64,000 nt of DNA, from assembly GCA_937995345.1 (NCBI GenBank), contig CALKKS010000006.1, positions 22,003 through 86,002 of the forward strand. The letters run 5' to 3'. Source of the DNA: an uncultured Collinsella sp. GTDB taxonomy: Bacteria > Actinomycetota > Coriobacteriia > Coriobacteriales > Coriobacteriaceae. Under the pieces are notes generated by a model. That model ran no database searches. It saw only the letters and a program-made list of their open reading frames with translations, and was not told where the DNA came from. Shown here piece by piece: positions 9,041 through 19,674 of the stretch. How positions within the stretch are numbered: the stretch's first letter is position 1; each line of letters opens with the position of its first letter. Position numbers and translations under genes: made by a program.

Positions 9041-9135
9041 TTGCCCAGGTGCCCGAGATTCCGAGCGACAAGCCCGACGACGCGTACTTAAGTACGCGAG
9101 GAGGGTTGGAGCCGGAAGGTCGGGTGCCTGGGCAA
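9041..9135. repeat. nested palindrome in the hisF-hisI intergenic region
   Basis: 16-nt outer arms (9041-9056 and 9120-9135) with 2 mismatches. They enclose a perfect 18-bp palindrome, cgcgtacttaagtacgcg, at 9081-9098. Confidence 0.7.
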
Positions 9136-9144
9136 GCCGCAGCG

Positions 9145-9927
<783 letters not shown>

Positions 9928-9930
9928 GGG

Positions 9931-10674
9931 CTACTCCTCCCCTCGGGCGGCGGCGAGCGCCTGGGCCAGCGTAAAGTTGCCCTCGTAGAGCGCGCGACCG
10001 GTGATGGCGCCTTCAATCGCTCCCTTACCCACCGCGGCCAACGCGCGGATGTCGTCGAGCGTCGAGATGCCGCCCGAGGCCACGACGGGAAAACCCGCGA
10101 CCTCGGCAACATGGCGATACGCCGCCACGTCGATGCCCGTCTGCATGCCGTCGCGCGCGATATCGGTGTACACCAGGTGCTTAAAGCCCAGCTCGCTGAG
10201 CTGCGCCACGGCATCGTCGAGTGCCACGCCCGCGCCATCGCGCCAGCCGTTCACCTTGACCTGGCCATCGCGCGCAGCAATGTCTGCCACCAGTAGCTCG
10301 CCAAAGCCGCAGGCCGCAACCTCGGCAAAGCCCGGCTCGGTCACAAGCACGGTACCCAGCGCGATGCGGCGCGCGCCGTAGCCGACCAGCTCGTCGATGC
10401 GCGCAAGCGAGCGAACGCCGCCGCCCACGTCCACGGACAGACCGTCGACGCCGCAGATGGCCTCGATCGCCGCCGAGTTGGCAGCGCACGCTTCCTCGTC
10501 CTCGCCAAAGGCAGCGGACAGGTCGACGACGTGCACCCAGCTCGCGCCCTGCTCGGCAAAGGAGCGGGCAACGGCCACGGGATCGTCGGAATATACCTTG
10601 CAACGGCTGCGGTCGCCGCGCTCCAGGCGCACGACCTTGCCGCCGATCAAATCGATTGCGGGAAACAGGATCAT
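9931..10674 (-). CDS. hisA: ProFAR isomerase
   Basis: 247 aa beginning MILFPAIDLIGGKVVRL; canonical HisA. The ATG overlaps the hisH stop (ATGA). Confidence 0.93.
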   Translation of the reverse strand: MILFPAIDLIGGKVVRLERGDRSRCKVYSDDPVAVARSFAEQGASWVHVVDLSAAFGEDEEACAANSAAIEAICGVDGLSVDVGGGVRSLARIDELVGYGARRIALGTVLVTEPGFAEVAACGFGELLVADIAARDGQVKVNGWRDGAGVALDDAVAQLSELGFKHLVYTDIARDGMQTGIDVAAYRHVAEVAGFPVVASGGISTLDDIRALAAVGKGAIEGAITGRALYEGNFTLAQALAAARGEE

Positions 10675-11372
10675 CGGCCGGCCTCCTCGACAATGCTCAC
10701 GAAGTTCTTAAGGATACGCTGACCCAGCGCAGAGGATTTCTCGGGATGGAACTGGCAACCCCACACGTTGCCGTGGCGCACGATGCACGGGAAGCTCCGC
10801 GTGTAGTGCGTGCGCGCCAGGACGTCAGCGGTATCGGCATCGTCTGCCACCGCGTAGCTGTGGGTGAAGTACATGTTGGCGCCCTCGGCAAAACCGGCGA
10901 GCAGTGGATCGGCTGCGCCGGCGGGCGTCATGTGCACCTGGTCCCAGCCCACGTGCGGCACCTTCAGACGGCTCGACTCCAGGCGCGTGCACGAGCCGCG
11001 CATGATGCCCAGGCCATCGACCCAGGGACCACCGGCCTGCTCGGAGACGTCGCCGTCCACGACCGCGCCCGCGTCCGCAGGCACGCCCTCGTTGCCACGT
11101 TCAAAAAACAGCTGAAGGCCCAGGCAGATGCCGAGCAGCGGAGTTCCGGCGGCAACGGCATCGAGCACGGCCGCCTCCTCGCCGCTCTGGCGCATAAAGG
11201 CGATCGCGTCATAGAACGCGCCCACGCCCGGAATGACCAGGCCGTCGGCGCGGCGGATTTGCTCCGGGTCGTCCGATGTACAGGCGGCGGCACCGGCGCG
11301 CGCAAGCCCGCGCACGACGCTCGACAAGTTGCCCTTGTGGTAGTCGACCACCACGATCTTCGGTTCGTCCAC
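10671..11372 (-). CDS. hisH: imidazole glycerol phosphate synthase, glutaminase subunit
   Basis: Contains IVVVDYHKGNLSSV...GVGAF...LGICLGLQ..., a class-I amidotransferase. I prefer the GTG start at 11372, preceded by GGGAGGG, over the ORF-track start at 11462, which runs through the palindrome. Confidence 0.88.
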   Translation of the reverse strand: MDEPKIVVVDYHKGNLSSVVRGLARAGAAACTSDDPEQIRRADGLVIPGVGAFYDAIAFMRQSGEEAAVLDAVAAGTPLLGICLGLQLFFERGNEGVPADAGAVVDGDVSEQAGGPWVDGLGIMRGSCTRLESSRLKVPHVGWDQVHMTPAGAADPLLAGFAEGANMYFTHSYAVADDADTADVLARTHYTRSFPCIVRHGNVWGCQFHPEKSSALGQRILKNFVSIVEEAGR

Positions 11373-11396
11373 GCGACCCTCCCTTTTCCCATTCAA

Positions 11397-11511
11397 AACC
11401 TGCCAAAAAGGGACAGGTTTATTTTGGTCGGTAAAACGTTTACCCACCGCATGAGACAGCATTTCCGCAGATAAAACCTGCCAAAATAAACCTGTCCCTT
11501 TTTGGCAGGTT
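11397..11511. repeat. perfect 31-bp inverted repeat in the hisB-hisH intergenic region (family C)
   Basis: 11397-11427 aacctgccaaaaagggacaggtttattttgg is the exact reverse complement of 11481-11511. The spacer is 53 nt and contains ggtaaaacgtttacc. The right arm overlaps the hisB stop codon. Confidence 0.9.
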
Positions 11512-12097
11512 ACAGTGAGCCCTTGGTGCTGGGGATGCCTTGCACGCGAGGGTCCAGCTCGCAGGCGTGGCGCATTGTGCGGCCCACGGCCTTAAAGGCG
11601 GCCTCGATAATGTGGTGCGAGTTGCCGCCCGCCAGCTCGCGCACGTGCAGCGTGAGCTTAGCATCGCGCGCAAAGGCATAGAAGAACTCAACGGCCAGCT
11701 CGGTATCGAAGCTGCCAACGCGCTCGGTCGGCACGGGCAGCTCGCAATAGGCCTGGCCGCGACCCGAAATGTCCACGGCGGCCATCACGAGCGTCTCGTC
11801 CATGGCAATCGCCGCGTCGGCAAAGCGCGTAATGCCCGCCTTGTCGCCCAGCGCCTGACAAAACGCCTCGCCCAGCACGATGCCCGTATCCTCGACGGTG
11901 TGATGCGCGTCGACCTCAACGTCGCCCACCGCGTGCACCGTCAGGTCAAACAGACCATGACGGCCAAAGGCGTTGAGCATGTGGTCGAAAAACGGCACGC
12001 CGGTCGAGATATCGCACGTACCGGTTCCATCCAGGTCGAGCTTGACGACGATATCGGTCTCCCCCGTCTTACGGGTTACCTCGGCATAACGGCCCAT
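11510..12097 (-). CDS. hisB: imidazoleglycerol-phosphate dehydratase
   Basis: 195 aa with TGETDI...DLDGTG...FFDHML...HH.VED; canonical. Confidence 0.95.
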   Translation of the reverse strand: MGRYAEVTRKTGETDIVVKLDLDGTGTCDISTGVPFFDHMLNAFGRHGLFDLTVHAVGDVEVDAHHTVEDTGIVLGEAFCQALGDKAGITRFADAAIAMDETLVMAAVDISGRGQAYCELPVPTERVGSFDTELAVEFFYAFARDAKLTLHVRELAGGNSHHIIEAAFKAVGRTMRHACELDPRVQGIPSTKGSL

Positions 12098-13213
12098 CTA
12101 CATCTCCTCCTTCACCAGCGCGGCAAACGCGGCCAGCACCTCATCGTTTTCCTGCGGCGTACCCACAGTAATGCGCAGACAGTCCGCAAGCCCCGGCGCG
12201 TAGCTAAAGTCGCGCACCAAAATCGAATACTCGTCGCGCAGGCGCTCGCGTACGCGCGTGGCATGCGGCGTGCGTACGAGCACAAAGTTCGCCGCGCTCG
12301 GCCACGGCTCCACGGGCAGACCCTCGGCAGCCATCGCGCGCAGGGCGCACAGCTCGCGCTCGCGCTCGGATGCGACCTGCGCCACCACGGGCGCGTACGC
12401 ATCGCGGGCACGCACGCAGGCAAGCGCGGCGGCCTGGCTCAGCACATTGACCGAATAGATCTGGCGAATCGCCGCGAACACGTCGATGACCTCGGGCGCC
12501 GCAATCACGTAACCCAGACGCGTGCCGGCAGCGCCAAACGCCTTGGACAGCGTATGCAGAATCACCAGGTTGGGATGCTCGGCGATAAGCCCCTGCGCTG
12601 TGGTGGCCGTGCCAAACGAATCGTCCGCAAACTCAACGTAGGCCTCGTCGACCATGACCATGCCGGGGCACACATCGCACAGCGCCGCGACAAAATCGAG
12701 CGGTGCCACGTCGCCCGTGGGGTTATTGGGCGAGGTCACGATGGCCAGGCTGCACTCGGGCGCCGCCGCGAGCACAGCCGCCTGGTCGAGCTCAAAGGTC
12801 GCCGGGTCGCGCCACACGTCGCGCACCTCGGTCTGGCAGAGCGACGCAAAGAACGCATACTCGCTAAAGCACGGCGGGCAGTTGAGCAGGGTCCGCCCCG
12901 CGCCGCCAAACGCCAGCAGATAGTTATAGAGCAGCTCGTCGCCGCCGTTTCCCACGCAGATGTTCTCGCGCGTCACGCCATGCCAGGCAGCAAGCTCGTC
13001 GCGCAGGTCGTTCGACATGGGATCGGGATAGCGGTTGAGCGGCGTGGCAGCCAGGGCCGCGTCGACTGCCTCGCGCACGCCGGCCGGCACGGGATAGGTG
13101 TTCTCGTTGGCCGAAAGGTTGATGCGCGTAGGCGTAAAGTTAGGATCGTAGGGCTCAATACCGGCCAGGTAAGGCTGGACGAGCTCCTTCATGCGAGGCG
13201 TGAGTTCGGCCAT
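12098..13213 (-). CDS. hisC: histidinol-phosphate aminotransferase
   Basis: Contains LSANENTYP...SPNNPTG...LSKAFG.AG.R.GY. The ATG at 13213 is one nt after the hisD stop. Confidence 0.9.
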   Translation of the reverse strand: MAELTPRMKELVQPYLAGIEPYDPNFTPTRINLSANENTYPVPAGVREAVDAALAATPLNRYPDPMSNDLRDELAAWHGVTRENICVGNGGDELLYNYLLAFGGAGRTLLNCPPCFSEYAFFASLCQTEVRDVWRDPATFELDQAAVLAAAPECSLAIVTSPNNPTGDVAPLDFVAALCDVCPGMVMVDEAYVEFADDSFGTATTAQGLIAEHPNLVILHTLSKAFGAAGTRLGYVIAAPEVIDVFAAIRQIYSVNVLSQAAALACVRARDAYAPVVAQVASERERELCALRAMAAEGLPVEPWPSAANFVLVRTPHATRVRERLRDEYSILVRDFSYAPGLADCLRITVGTPQENDEVLAAFAALVKEEM

Positions 13214-13214
13214 A

Positions 13215-14651
13215 TTAGGCCTCCCCGCCGGTTGCGCCAGCGCCATCTGCGCCTGCAGCCGCCAGGTCCACGCCCTCGGCAACCGTCGCCACGGCGTCGC
13301 CCGGCCAGGCAACCTTAGTCAGGTCGGCCGCAGCCAGCGACGCGGCACTCACGGCATCCTCGCCCTGCTCCAGCACGCGGCGGCGCAGTGCGGCCGAAAG
13401 CGCGTGTGCCCACAGCCCCTCGGCCTCGGCTAGACGCTGTGTGGCGGGAGCGTCGGAGAGCAGGCCCTCGGGCGTATAGCAAATGACACTCGAGCGCTTA
13501 ACGAACTCTTCGACCGAAAGCGGGTTGGAGAACATGGCCGTACCGCCGGTCGGCAGCGTGTGGTTGGGGCCGGCAACATAATCGCCGAGCGGCTCGGAGC
13601 TCCAAGCGCCCACAAAGATGGCGCCGGCGTTGCGAATGCCGCCGAGCAGGCCCATCGCGTCCTTGCAGTGCAGCTCAAGGTGCTCGGGCGCCACGGTGTT
13701 CACGGCCTCGACGGCGGCAGCCATGTCGGCGGCCACCACGATGGTGCCCTCGTTATCGAGCGAGGCGCGCGTGATCCCGGCGCGTGGGGACTGCGCCACC
13801 AGAATGTCGATACCTGCCTCGACCTCGCGCGCAAACTGCTCGTCGCAAGTCACCAGATAGCAGGCTGCCAGCGGATCGTGCTCGGCCTGGGCCATCAGGT
13901 CTGCCGCGACCACCATGGGCTTGGCCGTGGCATCGGCCAGCACGCAGACCTCGGAGGGGCCAGCGACCATGTCGATACCCACGTCGCCCGAGACAATCTG
14001 CTTGGCCGCGGCGACAAAGGCGTTGCCCGGGCCGGTAATCTTGTCGACACGCGGAATGGTCTCGGTACCGTACGCCAGCGCGGCCACGGCCTGAGCGCCG
14101 CCCACCATATAGATCTCGTCCACGCCGCCGAGCTTGGCGGCAGCGAGCGTATACGGGCTAATCAGTCCATCCTTTTGCGGCGGGGTCACCATGACCACGC
14201 GCTTAACGCCGGCGACCTTGGCGGGAATGGCGTTCATGAGCACGGTGGAGGGGTACTGCGCGCGACCGCCCGGCACGTAGATGCCGGCCGCAGCGAGCGG
14301 GGTCACCTTAACGCCGAGCATCGTGCCATCCGGGCGCGTGGTAAACCAGCTCTGCTCGACCTCGCGCTGGTGGAACTCGCGAATTTGGCGCGCAGCCTTT
14401 TCGAGCGCAGCGACAAAGGCCGGATCGAGGCCTTCGAGCGCGGCATCGATCTGCTCCTGCGGAAGACGGAAGCTCTGCAGTTCAACGCCGTCAAAACGCT
14501 GGCAGTAATCGCGCACCGCGGCATCGCCGTTGGCGCGCACGTTGGCCACGATATCGCGGGCGGCGTCGACGATGTTTTGCGGCAGCACGCCCTTACGGTT
14601 GAGCTGGTTGGTAACGAGGCGCTCACCGGGAGCAAGCTTGATGGTCTTCAT
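13215..14651 (-). CDS. hisD: histidinol dehydrogenase with an Ala/Gly-rich C-terminal extension of about 50 aa
   Basis: 478 aa with YVPGG.A.YPS...MVAGPSE...AQAEHD. The tail ...[15 protein letters not shown] extends beyond the usual end of HisD. Confidence 0.93.
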   Translation of the reverse strand: MKTIKLAPGERLVTNQLNRKGVLPQNIVDAARDIVANVRANGDAAVRDYCQRFDGVELQSFRLPQEQIDAALEGLDPAFVAALEKAARQIREFHQREVEQSWFTTRPDGTMLGVKVTPLAAAGIYVPGGRAQYPSTVLMNAIPAKVAGVKRVVMVTPPQKDGLISPYTLAAAKLGGVDEIYMVGGAQAVAALAYGTETIPRVDKITGPGNAFVAAAKQIVSGDVGIDMVAGPSEVCVLADATAKPMVVAADLMAQAEHDPLAACYLVTCDEQFAREVEAGIDILVAQSPRAGITRASLDNEGTIVVAADMAAAVEAVNTVAPEHLELHCKDAMGLLGGIRNAGAIFVGAWSSEPLGDYVAGPNHTLPTGGTAMFSNPLSVEEFVKRSSVICYTPEGLLSDAPATQRLAEAEGLWAHALSAALRRRVLEQGEDAVSAASLAAADLTKVAWPGDAVATVAEGVDLAAAGADGAGATGGEA

Positions 14652-14756
14652 TTCGGTATCCCCTATCGGTCGAGGTTGTGTTCGAAAAACGAGAGGCCGG
14701 GCGGCGACGCCAGTCGGCCCGCAGCCCAGACGTTGGGGCGCCCGTGCGTGCTCGCG

Positions 14757-16472
14757 CTATTGTGCCGAGCCCGCAACGGGCTCAAAATGCTTGTCCTTCA
14801 CGGCTGCCGCCAAGCGATCTGCCAGATTGCGTACGCGCGGGTCCAGACGTGCGGCGCCCGGATTGACAAAGAAGCGGGCCGTGCAGTCCATGATGCGGCC
14901 GGTGATGACCAGGTCGTTGTCGCGCAGGGTGGCACCCGTGGCGGTAATGTCCACGATGCGGTCGGTCATGCCGACGATGGGCCCCAGCTCAATATTGCCG
15001 TGCAACGAAACGATGTCGGCATTCACGCCGCGCTCGGCATACCAGGCACTCGCGATGCGCGGGTACTTGGTTGCCACGCGAAGCGACCCGCGGCGGGCAT
15101 AGTTGCGCTCGACCTGACCGGCGCGCCATGCGGGCTCCGCCTCGATAAAGGTGCACAGGCCATAGCCCAGATCGACCAGCTGCAGCAGGTTGAGGTCGGC
15201 CTCGATAAGCGAGTCCCAGCCGCAGATGCCGCAGTCGGCGCCGCCGCAGCCCACAAAGGCGGGCGCGTCACTGGGTCGCACGATGACAAACTCGATATCG
15301 CCGACCGCGCCCACGCCGGCACGCGTGTCGCGGCCGCGCACGATCAGGTGACGACCGGGATCGCGTAGCTCCGAGACATCCAAGCCCGCTGCCTCGAGCA
15401 CGTCGAGGGTGTCGGCCTTGAGCGAGCCCTTGGGCACGGCAATGCGCAGCGGGCCCTCGGCGCCACGGCCCACGGCGTGATCACCGTCGGAAGCGGCGTC
15501 CTCGGCCGAGGTGCGCGCGGCCTCCAGACGCTCGAGCGAAAAGGCGAAGCCCGCCGCCGGCACCTCGATACCATCGCCGAATGCGCCGGTAAAGATGGAA
15601 TCGTAGCGACCGCCCGAGCCCACCGGATCGGGCAGGCCACCTGCGTAGGCCTTAAAGACCAGGCCCGTATAGTAATCAAACGAGTTCATGATGGAGAAGT
15701 CGAAGGACAGCACTTGGGCATCCTCGAGAGCCAAGCCCTCAACCAGGGCACGCAGCTCACGCGTGAGCGGTGCGACGATACCGGCAGCCGCCAACAGCGC
15801 ATCCACGCGGTCGAGCACCTCGGCGCCGCCATGCAGGCGCGGCAGCTCGCTAATGGCAGCCTTGACGGCCTCGGACTCGGCGCTTTCCGCCACGCGGACA
15901 TCGAGGCCCACAAAGTCGTTGGCGTGCACACAACGCAGTGCCTCGGCAGCCAGCTCGCGATCCTCGCATGCCGCGAGCAGTTCCTTAAACGGGCGCACGC
16001 TACCTGCGATAATGCGCGCATCGGGCAGTGCCAACTTGCGCACGGCCTCGGCGACCAGCGAGACAATCTCGACATCGCCTGCGGTATCGCCCGCGCCGAT
16101 GAGCTCAAAGCCCAGCTGCGTAAACTGACGCGAACCGCCGGCATTGCGCTGGCACTCGCGGACCACCGGCGCCTCGTAGCGCAGCCGCAGGGGCAGGTCG
16201 GCCGCACGCATGCGGGTCGAAACCAGGCGCACGATGGGCAGCGTGTTGTCGGGACGAACCACCAGCAGGCGACCGTCGTCGTCAAAGAGCTTAAACGGCG
16301 TATCCGCGATGCGGCCGCCCTCCTCGAGCGAACCCTTGTCCTCAAGCAGCGGCGTTTCGACCGGCAGATAATGATGCTCCCTAAAGCAGCCCTTCACCGT
16401 ACATGCGATCTCCTCGCGCGCCTGAGCCTCCTCGGGCAATATGTCCCGGAATCCCCACGGTGTGGCCGTCAT
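14757..16472 (-). CDS. hisZG: HisZ-HisG fusion: ATP phosphoribosyltransferase regulatory subunit fused to a short-form catalytic subunit
   Basis: The N-terminal ~340 aa are HisRS-like (GFRDILPEEA...). The C-terminal ~215 aa are short HisG (LRIAVPKGSL...VATKYP...GATLRDN). It is a single uninterrupted 571-aa frame. Confidence 0.85.
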   Translation of the reverse strand: MTATPWGFRDILPEEAQAREEIACTVKGCFREHHYLPVETPLLEDKGSLEEGGRIADTPFKLFDDDGRLLVVRPDNTLPIVRLVSTRMRAADLPLRLRYEAPVVRECQRNAGGSRQFTQLGFELIGAGDTAGDVEIVSLVAEAVRKLALPDARIIAGSVRPFKELLAACEDRELAAEALRCVHANDFVGLDVRVAESAESEAVKAAISELPRLHGGAEVLDRVDALLAAAGIVAPLTRELRALVEGLALEDAQVLSFDFSIMNSFDYYTGLVFKAYAGGLPDPVGSGGRYDSIFTGAFGDGIEVPAAGFAFSLERLEAARTSAEDAASDGDHAVGRGAEGPLRIAVPKGSLKADTLDVLEAAGLDVSELRDPGRHLIVRGRDTRAGVGAVGDIEFVIVRPSDAPAFVGCGGADCGICGWDSLIEADLNLLQLVDLGYGLCTFIEAEPAWRAGQVERNYARRGSLRVATKYPRIASAWYAERGVNADIVSLHGNIELGPIVGMTDRIVDITATGATLRDNDLVITGRIMDCTARFFVNPGAARLDPRVRNLADRLAAAVKDKHFEPVAGSAQ

Positions 16473-16510
16473 CTGGTGAGCCTCCTCATGCTGTGTCTCA
16501 TATAGAACAG

Positions 16511-16536
16511 AAGACCGGCATAGCTCCGCCGGTCTT
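16511..16536 (-). terminator. hairpin between the PTS locus A operon and hisZG
   Basis: aagaccggc/gccggtctt is a 9-bp stem with an 8-nt loop. It lies downstream of the isomerase gene and about 40 nt upstream of the hisZG ATG. The U-tract on the minus strand is poor. Confidence 0.45.
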
Positions 16537-16641
16537 TTGGGTACTTTAGCATACTAGAGTGCTTGCGGGGAAAATCCGTCACAGCCGCTCACACCGTATT
16601 CATTTGGAAACATAGGGCAGATTGCCGCAGCCCAACCCCAC

Positions 16642-17478
16642 TTAGGCGCCAATCGCACGACGATACTCTGCCATTACCTGCGCATCGGCAGCTGCGGGGT
16701 CGGCAAAATAGCGCCCGTCATAGGTCTCAGCCGAAACAACTCCGCGATAGCCGCGCGCCACCAGCCTATCCAGGTCAGCGCGCATATCGCGGTCGCCGTC
16801 ACCCCAGGCAAGATGCGTCGTGCCATCTGCCGCAACATCGACAAAATGCACGTGGGCGACATCATCGCCAAGCAGATCGAAATAATCGTCGATGGTATCC
16901 CCCGCCACCGCCATGGCGCCCATATCCAGACACGCCTTGAGCGCCGGATGCCCAACCGCGTCAATCATGCGCTTTGTATCCGCCGCCGAGTTCACAATCA
17001 TCGACTCAACCGGCTGCAAGGCCTCAAGCACCAGGCGAACGCCGCGCTCGCCCGCATACTCGGCAATCGACCGCAGCATCGAGGCGCTACGCGCCCACGC
17101 GTCCTCGATCGGCTCATTCAAAAACGCCCAGCCACTCGAAACCATAACCTGCTCGGCCCCAAGCTCCGCCGCGATATCCACAACGTTCTTAAAGTACGCG
17201 AGCGTGCGGGCACGCGCCTCATTCCCGCGCGCCGCGATATTCCACGGCTTGGGGTTGTTCTGTTCGGGGCAAAGCCCCACAATCCGAACCCCATACCGCT
17301 GTGACAGCTCCCGCACCTGCTCGAACGAATCGTATCCATGGCAATCGACATACAGATGCATCGCCCCGGTCCAAAGTTCGCAACACGTGTAGCCCGAGGC
17401 CGCAGCCGAGGAAAAGAATTCCTCAAGGTCAAAATAACGATGGCTGATATTCATGACGGCAAGCTGCGGATACTCCAT
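16642..17478 (-). CDS. sugar phosphate isomerase/epimerase (xylose-isomerase-like TIM barrel)
   Basis: Family resemblance across the whole length. The ATG at 17478 follows AAAGGTGGA; an alternative GTG is at 17487. Confidence 0.7.
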   Translation of the reverse strand: MEYPQLAVMNISHRYFDLEEFFSSAAASGYTCCELWTGAMHLYVDCHGYDSFEQVRELSQRYGVRIVGLCPEQNNPKPWNIAARGNEARARTLAYFKNVVDIAAELGAEQVMVSSGWAFLNEPIEDAWARSASMLRSIAEYAGERGVRLVLEALQPVESMIVNSAADTKRMIDAVGHPALKACLDMGAMAVAGDTIDDYFDLLGDDVAHVHFVDVAADGTTHLAWGDGDRDMRADLDRLVARGYRGVVSAETYDGRYFADPAAADAQVMAEYRRAIGA

Positions 17479-17561
17479 CTTGTCCACCTTTCGGCAAAAG
17501 GGCGCCGCAGCACAGTGTGCGCGACGCCCCCTCTTACATTGTTTTGATTATGACGGATGCC

Positions 17562-18398
17562 CTACTGAACACCAAGTACTCCAAAGAACGCGCCGGCGAT
17601 ACTCACGAGCAAAATCACCAGCATGATGAGCAGCGGATTCATCTTCTTCTTGAGCATGAGATAGACGATTCCAAACAGCCCCATCGTGACAAAGCCCGGG
17701 AAGATGCCGTTGAGCAGCTCGGCCAGCGTCTGAGCGCCATCGCCCGCGCCAACCATGAGCGGAATGTCCACCGTGACCATCTCCATGGTCATCGCGCCGA
17801 TCACCATAGCGCCCATGATGGAAGCCATCTTGACGATCGTGTCCATGATGCCTGACTCCTGGACCTTGCTGATCATGTCCGAGCCAAAGCGATATCCCAC
17901 AAACGTCAGCAGGTAACGGATGATGTAGTGGGGGACGTTGAACACGAGCAGGAACAAAATCGGGCCAAGAATAGAGCCCTGCAGCGCCAGCGACGTGCCG
18001 ACACCCGTTGCCAAAATTCGCAGCGTGCCCCAGTAGAAGGCATCGCCCACGCCGGACAGCGGCCCCATCAAAGCAAGCTTGACATTAGAGATCGCGCTCG
18101 TGTCAAAGCTCTCGTCGGTAGCGTTGACCTCCTCCATTGCCGCGGCAATGGACATGGGGAGCGTCGAGATGTACGGCGTGACGTTATAGAGCTCCATGTG
18201 GCGCTTGAGCGCAGCCTTAAAGTCCGCATCCTGCGGATAGAGCTTGCGCAGGATCGGCATGAGAGCCCACATAAAGCCGATGTGGCCCATACGCTCGTAG
18301 TTCCAGGAATGCTCATAGGGAATCGAGCGCCAGAACAGCTTCTTAAGATCTGCGCGGGTAATCAGCCCGTCGTAGGAAGACTCAAACTTAAAACTCAT
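17562..18398 (-). CDS. PTS mannose-family EIID, locus A
   Basis: Contains LFWRS...HSWNYERMGHIGFMWALMPILRKLYP, typical of EIID-Man. The ATG at 18398 follows GGGAG and overlaps the end of the EIIC gene. Confidence 0.9.
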   Translation of the reverse strand: MSFKFESSYDGLITRADLKKLFWRSIPYEHSWNYERMGHIGFMWALMPILRKLYPQDADFKAALKRHMELYNVTPYISTLPMSIAAAMEEVNATDESFDTSAISNVKLALMGPLSGVGDAFYWGTLRILATGVGTSLALQGSILGPILFLLVFNVPHYIIRYLLTFVGYRFGSDMISKVQESGIMDTIVKMASIMGAMVIGAMTMEMVTVDIPLMVGAGDGAQTLAELLNGIFPGFVTMGLFGIVYLMLKKKMNPLLIMLVILLVSIAGAFFGVLGVQ

Positions 18399-19179
18399 CG
18401 AACCCACTCCCAATCGCAGGATCCTCGGTTGCCGCCACGGGCTGCTCCGCCTTTTTCTTCTCGCCCAAAACCGTCATCGCGACGACGATAATCGCGGCGA
18501 AGATCGCCACACCCGTCGTGCTAATGCCAAAGTAGGCAACGAGGAAGAAGCCTGCGAAGAAGAACGGTGCCACGGTCTTGTTCATAATCATCTGAGCCAG
18601 CATTGCAAAGCCGAGTGCAGGCAAGAAGGCAGCGGCGACATCCATACCGGTCTGAACGAAATCGGGGATGATGTTGAGCAGGCTGGCCACGGCATCGGCA
18701 CCAAAGAAGAAGGCCAGGGGAATGATCAACAGGCCGCACCAGCTCTGCGCGTAACCGGCGATGAGCATGTTGCGCGTAATGGCCTTGGTGTCTCCGTCCT
18801 CGACGTTTTTGTCGATACGGTGTACCAGCAGCAGCATGACCGGCTGACCCAGGGCCGTGTCGAGCGCCAGAACAATCGTGGCGATGGGAATACCCAGGGT
18901 CAGTGCCGCCGAAGCGTCCGCGCCGGCCTGCATGGCAAGGGATACGCCCAGGATGGTTCCAGAAATCGTATCGGGCGGGTTATAGGCGCCGACCGAGATG
19001 GCGCCGACCATAGCAAGCTCCATCGTGGCGCCCATAATCGTGCCGGTTACCACGTCGCCCATGACAAGGCCGACCAGAGGTCCGAGCACAATGGGGCGCT
19101 GGAGGTAGCTCGTGCCCGTCAGCCACTCGGAATAGCCCAAAAGGGCGATCAGGAAAATCAGGATTGTCTTGATAACCAT
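18388..19179 (-). CDS. PTS mannose-family EIIC, locus A
   Basis: 263-aa multi-TM protein beginning MVIKTILIFLIALLGYSEWL...; EIIC-Man type. Confidence 0.88.
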   Translation of the reverse strand: MVIKTILIFLIALLGYSEWLTGTSYLQRPIVLGPLVGLVMGDVVTGTIMGATMELAMVGAISVGAYNPPDTISGTILGVSLAMQAGADASAALTLGIPIATIVLALDTALGQPVMLLLVHRIDKNVEDGDTKAITRNMLIAGYAQSWCGLLIIPLAFFFGADAVASLLNIIPDFVQTGMDVAAAFLPALGFAMLAQMIMNKTVAPFFFAGFFLVAYFGISTTGVAIFAAIIVVAMTVLGEKKKAEQPVAATEDPAIGSGFDEF

Positions 19180-19187
19180 GACAGCCC

Positions 19188-19658
19188 CTAACCGATGGCC
19201 TTTGCGGCGTCAGTCTTTGCATCCGCCGGAATCATCTGGATGAACAGCTCGTAGCCCTCGCCGAGCAGCTCCTTCACGTACGCCTCGTTCTCGGGCGTAA
19301 GGAACACGCTCGTCGAGACCTGGCGGGCGTCCTCGCTAAAGGCAACGTTGCCGAGGTTGATCTTCTTGACGCCCATCGCCTTTGCGACGGCACCTGCCTG
19401 CTGAATCGTCTCGCAAACAACGAAGAGCTTGTACTTGTCGGTCACACCGCTCTGGAGCGCCTTGACGGCATCCTCGGTGTTTTTAACGACGACCTTGCAG
19501 CCCTCCGGCTTTGCAAGGGACAGGGCCTGCAGACGAAGCTTGTCGTTGAGGACCGTGTCGCTTACCAGCAGGATGCAGTCGGCACCCAAAGCCGAGGTCC
19601 AGCTCACGGCAACCTGGCCGTGAAGCAGTCGATAGTCTACGCGAATCATCTGAATCAT
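19188..19658 (-). CDS. PTS mannose-family EIIB, locus A
   Basis: MIQMIRVDYRLLHGQV matches the sorbose/mannose EIIB phospho-His motif. Confidence 0.9.
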   Translation of the reverse strand: MIQMIRVDYRLLHGQVAVSWTSALGADCILLVSDTVLNDKLRLQALSLAKPEGCKVVVKNTEDAVKALQSGVTDKYKLFVVCETIQQAGAVAKAMGVKKINLGNVAFSEDARQVSTSVFLTPENEAYVKELLGEGYELFIQMIPADAKTDAAKAIG

Positions 19659-19674
19659 GATGTGCTCCTAACGA

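Noticed and set aside
11540-15368. Very long plus-strand ORFs (592 and 602 aa) opposite hisC/hisD/hisZG. Similar antisense ORFs occur at 20160-21323, 28164-29318, 36901-37878, 39610-40776, 48395-49834, 60107-61228 and 35722-36786.
   Set aside because: These are typical high-GC antisense open frames. The peptides are low-complexity and rich in R, A, G, H, V and L, with no recognisable motifs. They fully overlap genes with canonical products on the other strand.
16473-16641. His leader peptide, attenuator or T-box upstream of hisZG.
   Set aside because: There is no His-codon-rich mini-ORF and no T-box specifier or T-box sequence. Only one hairpin is present, and it equally serves as the terminator of the upstream PTS operon.
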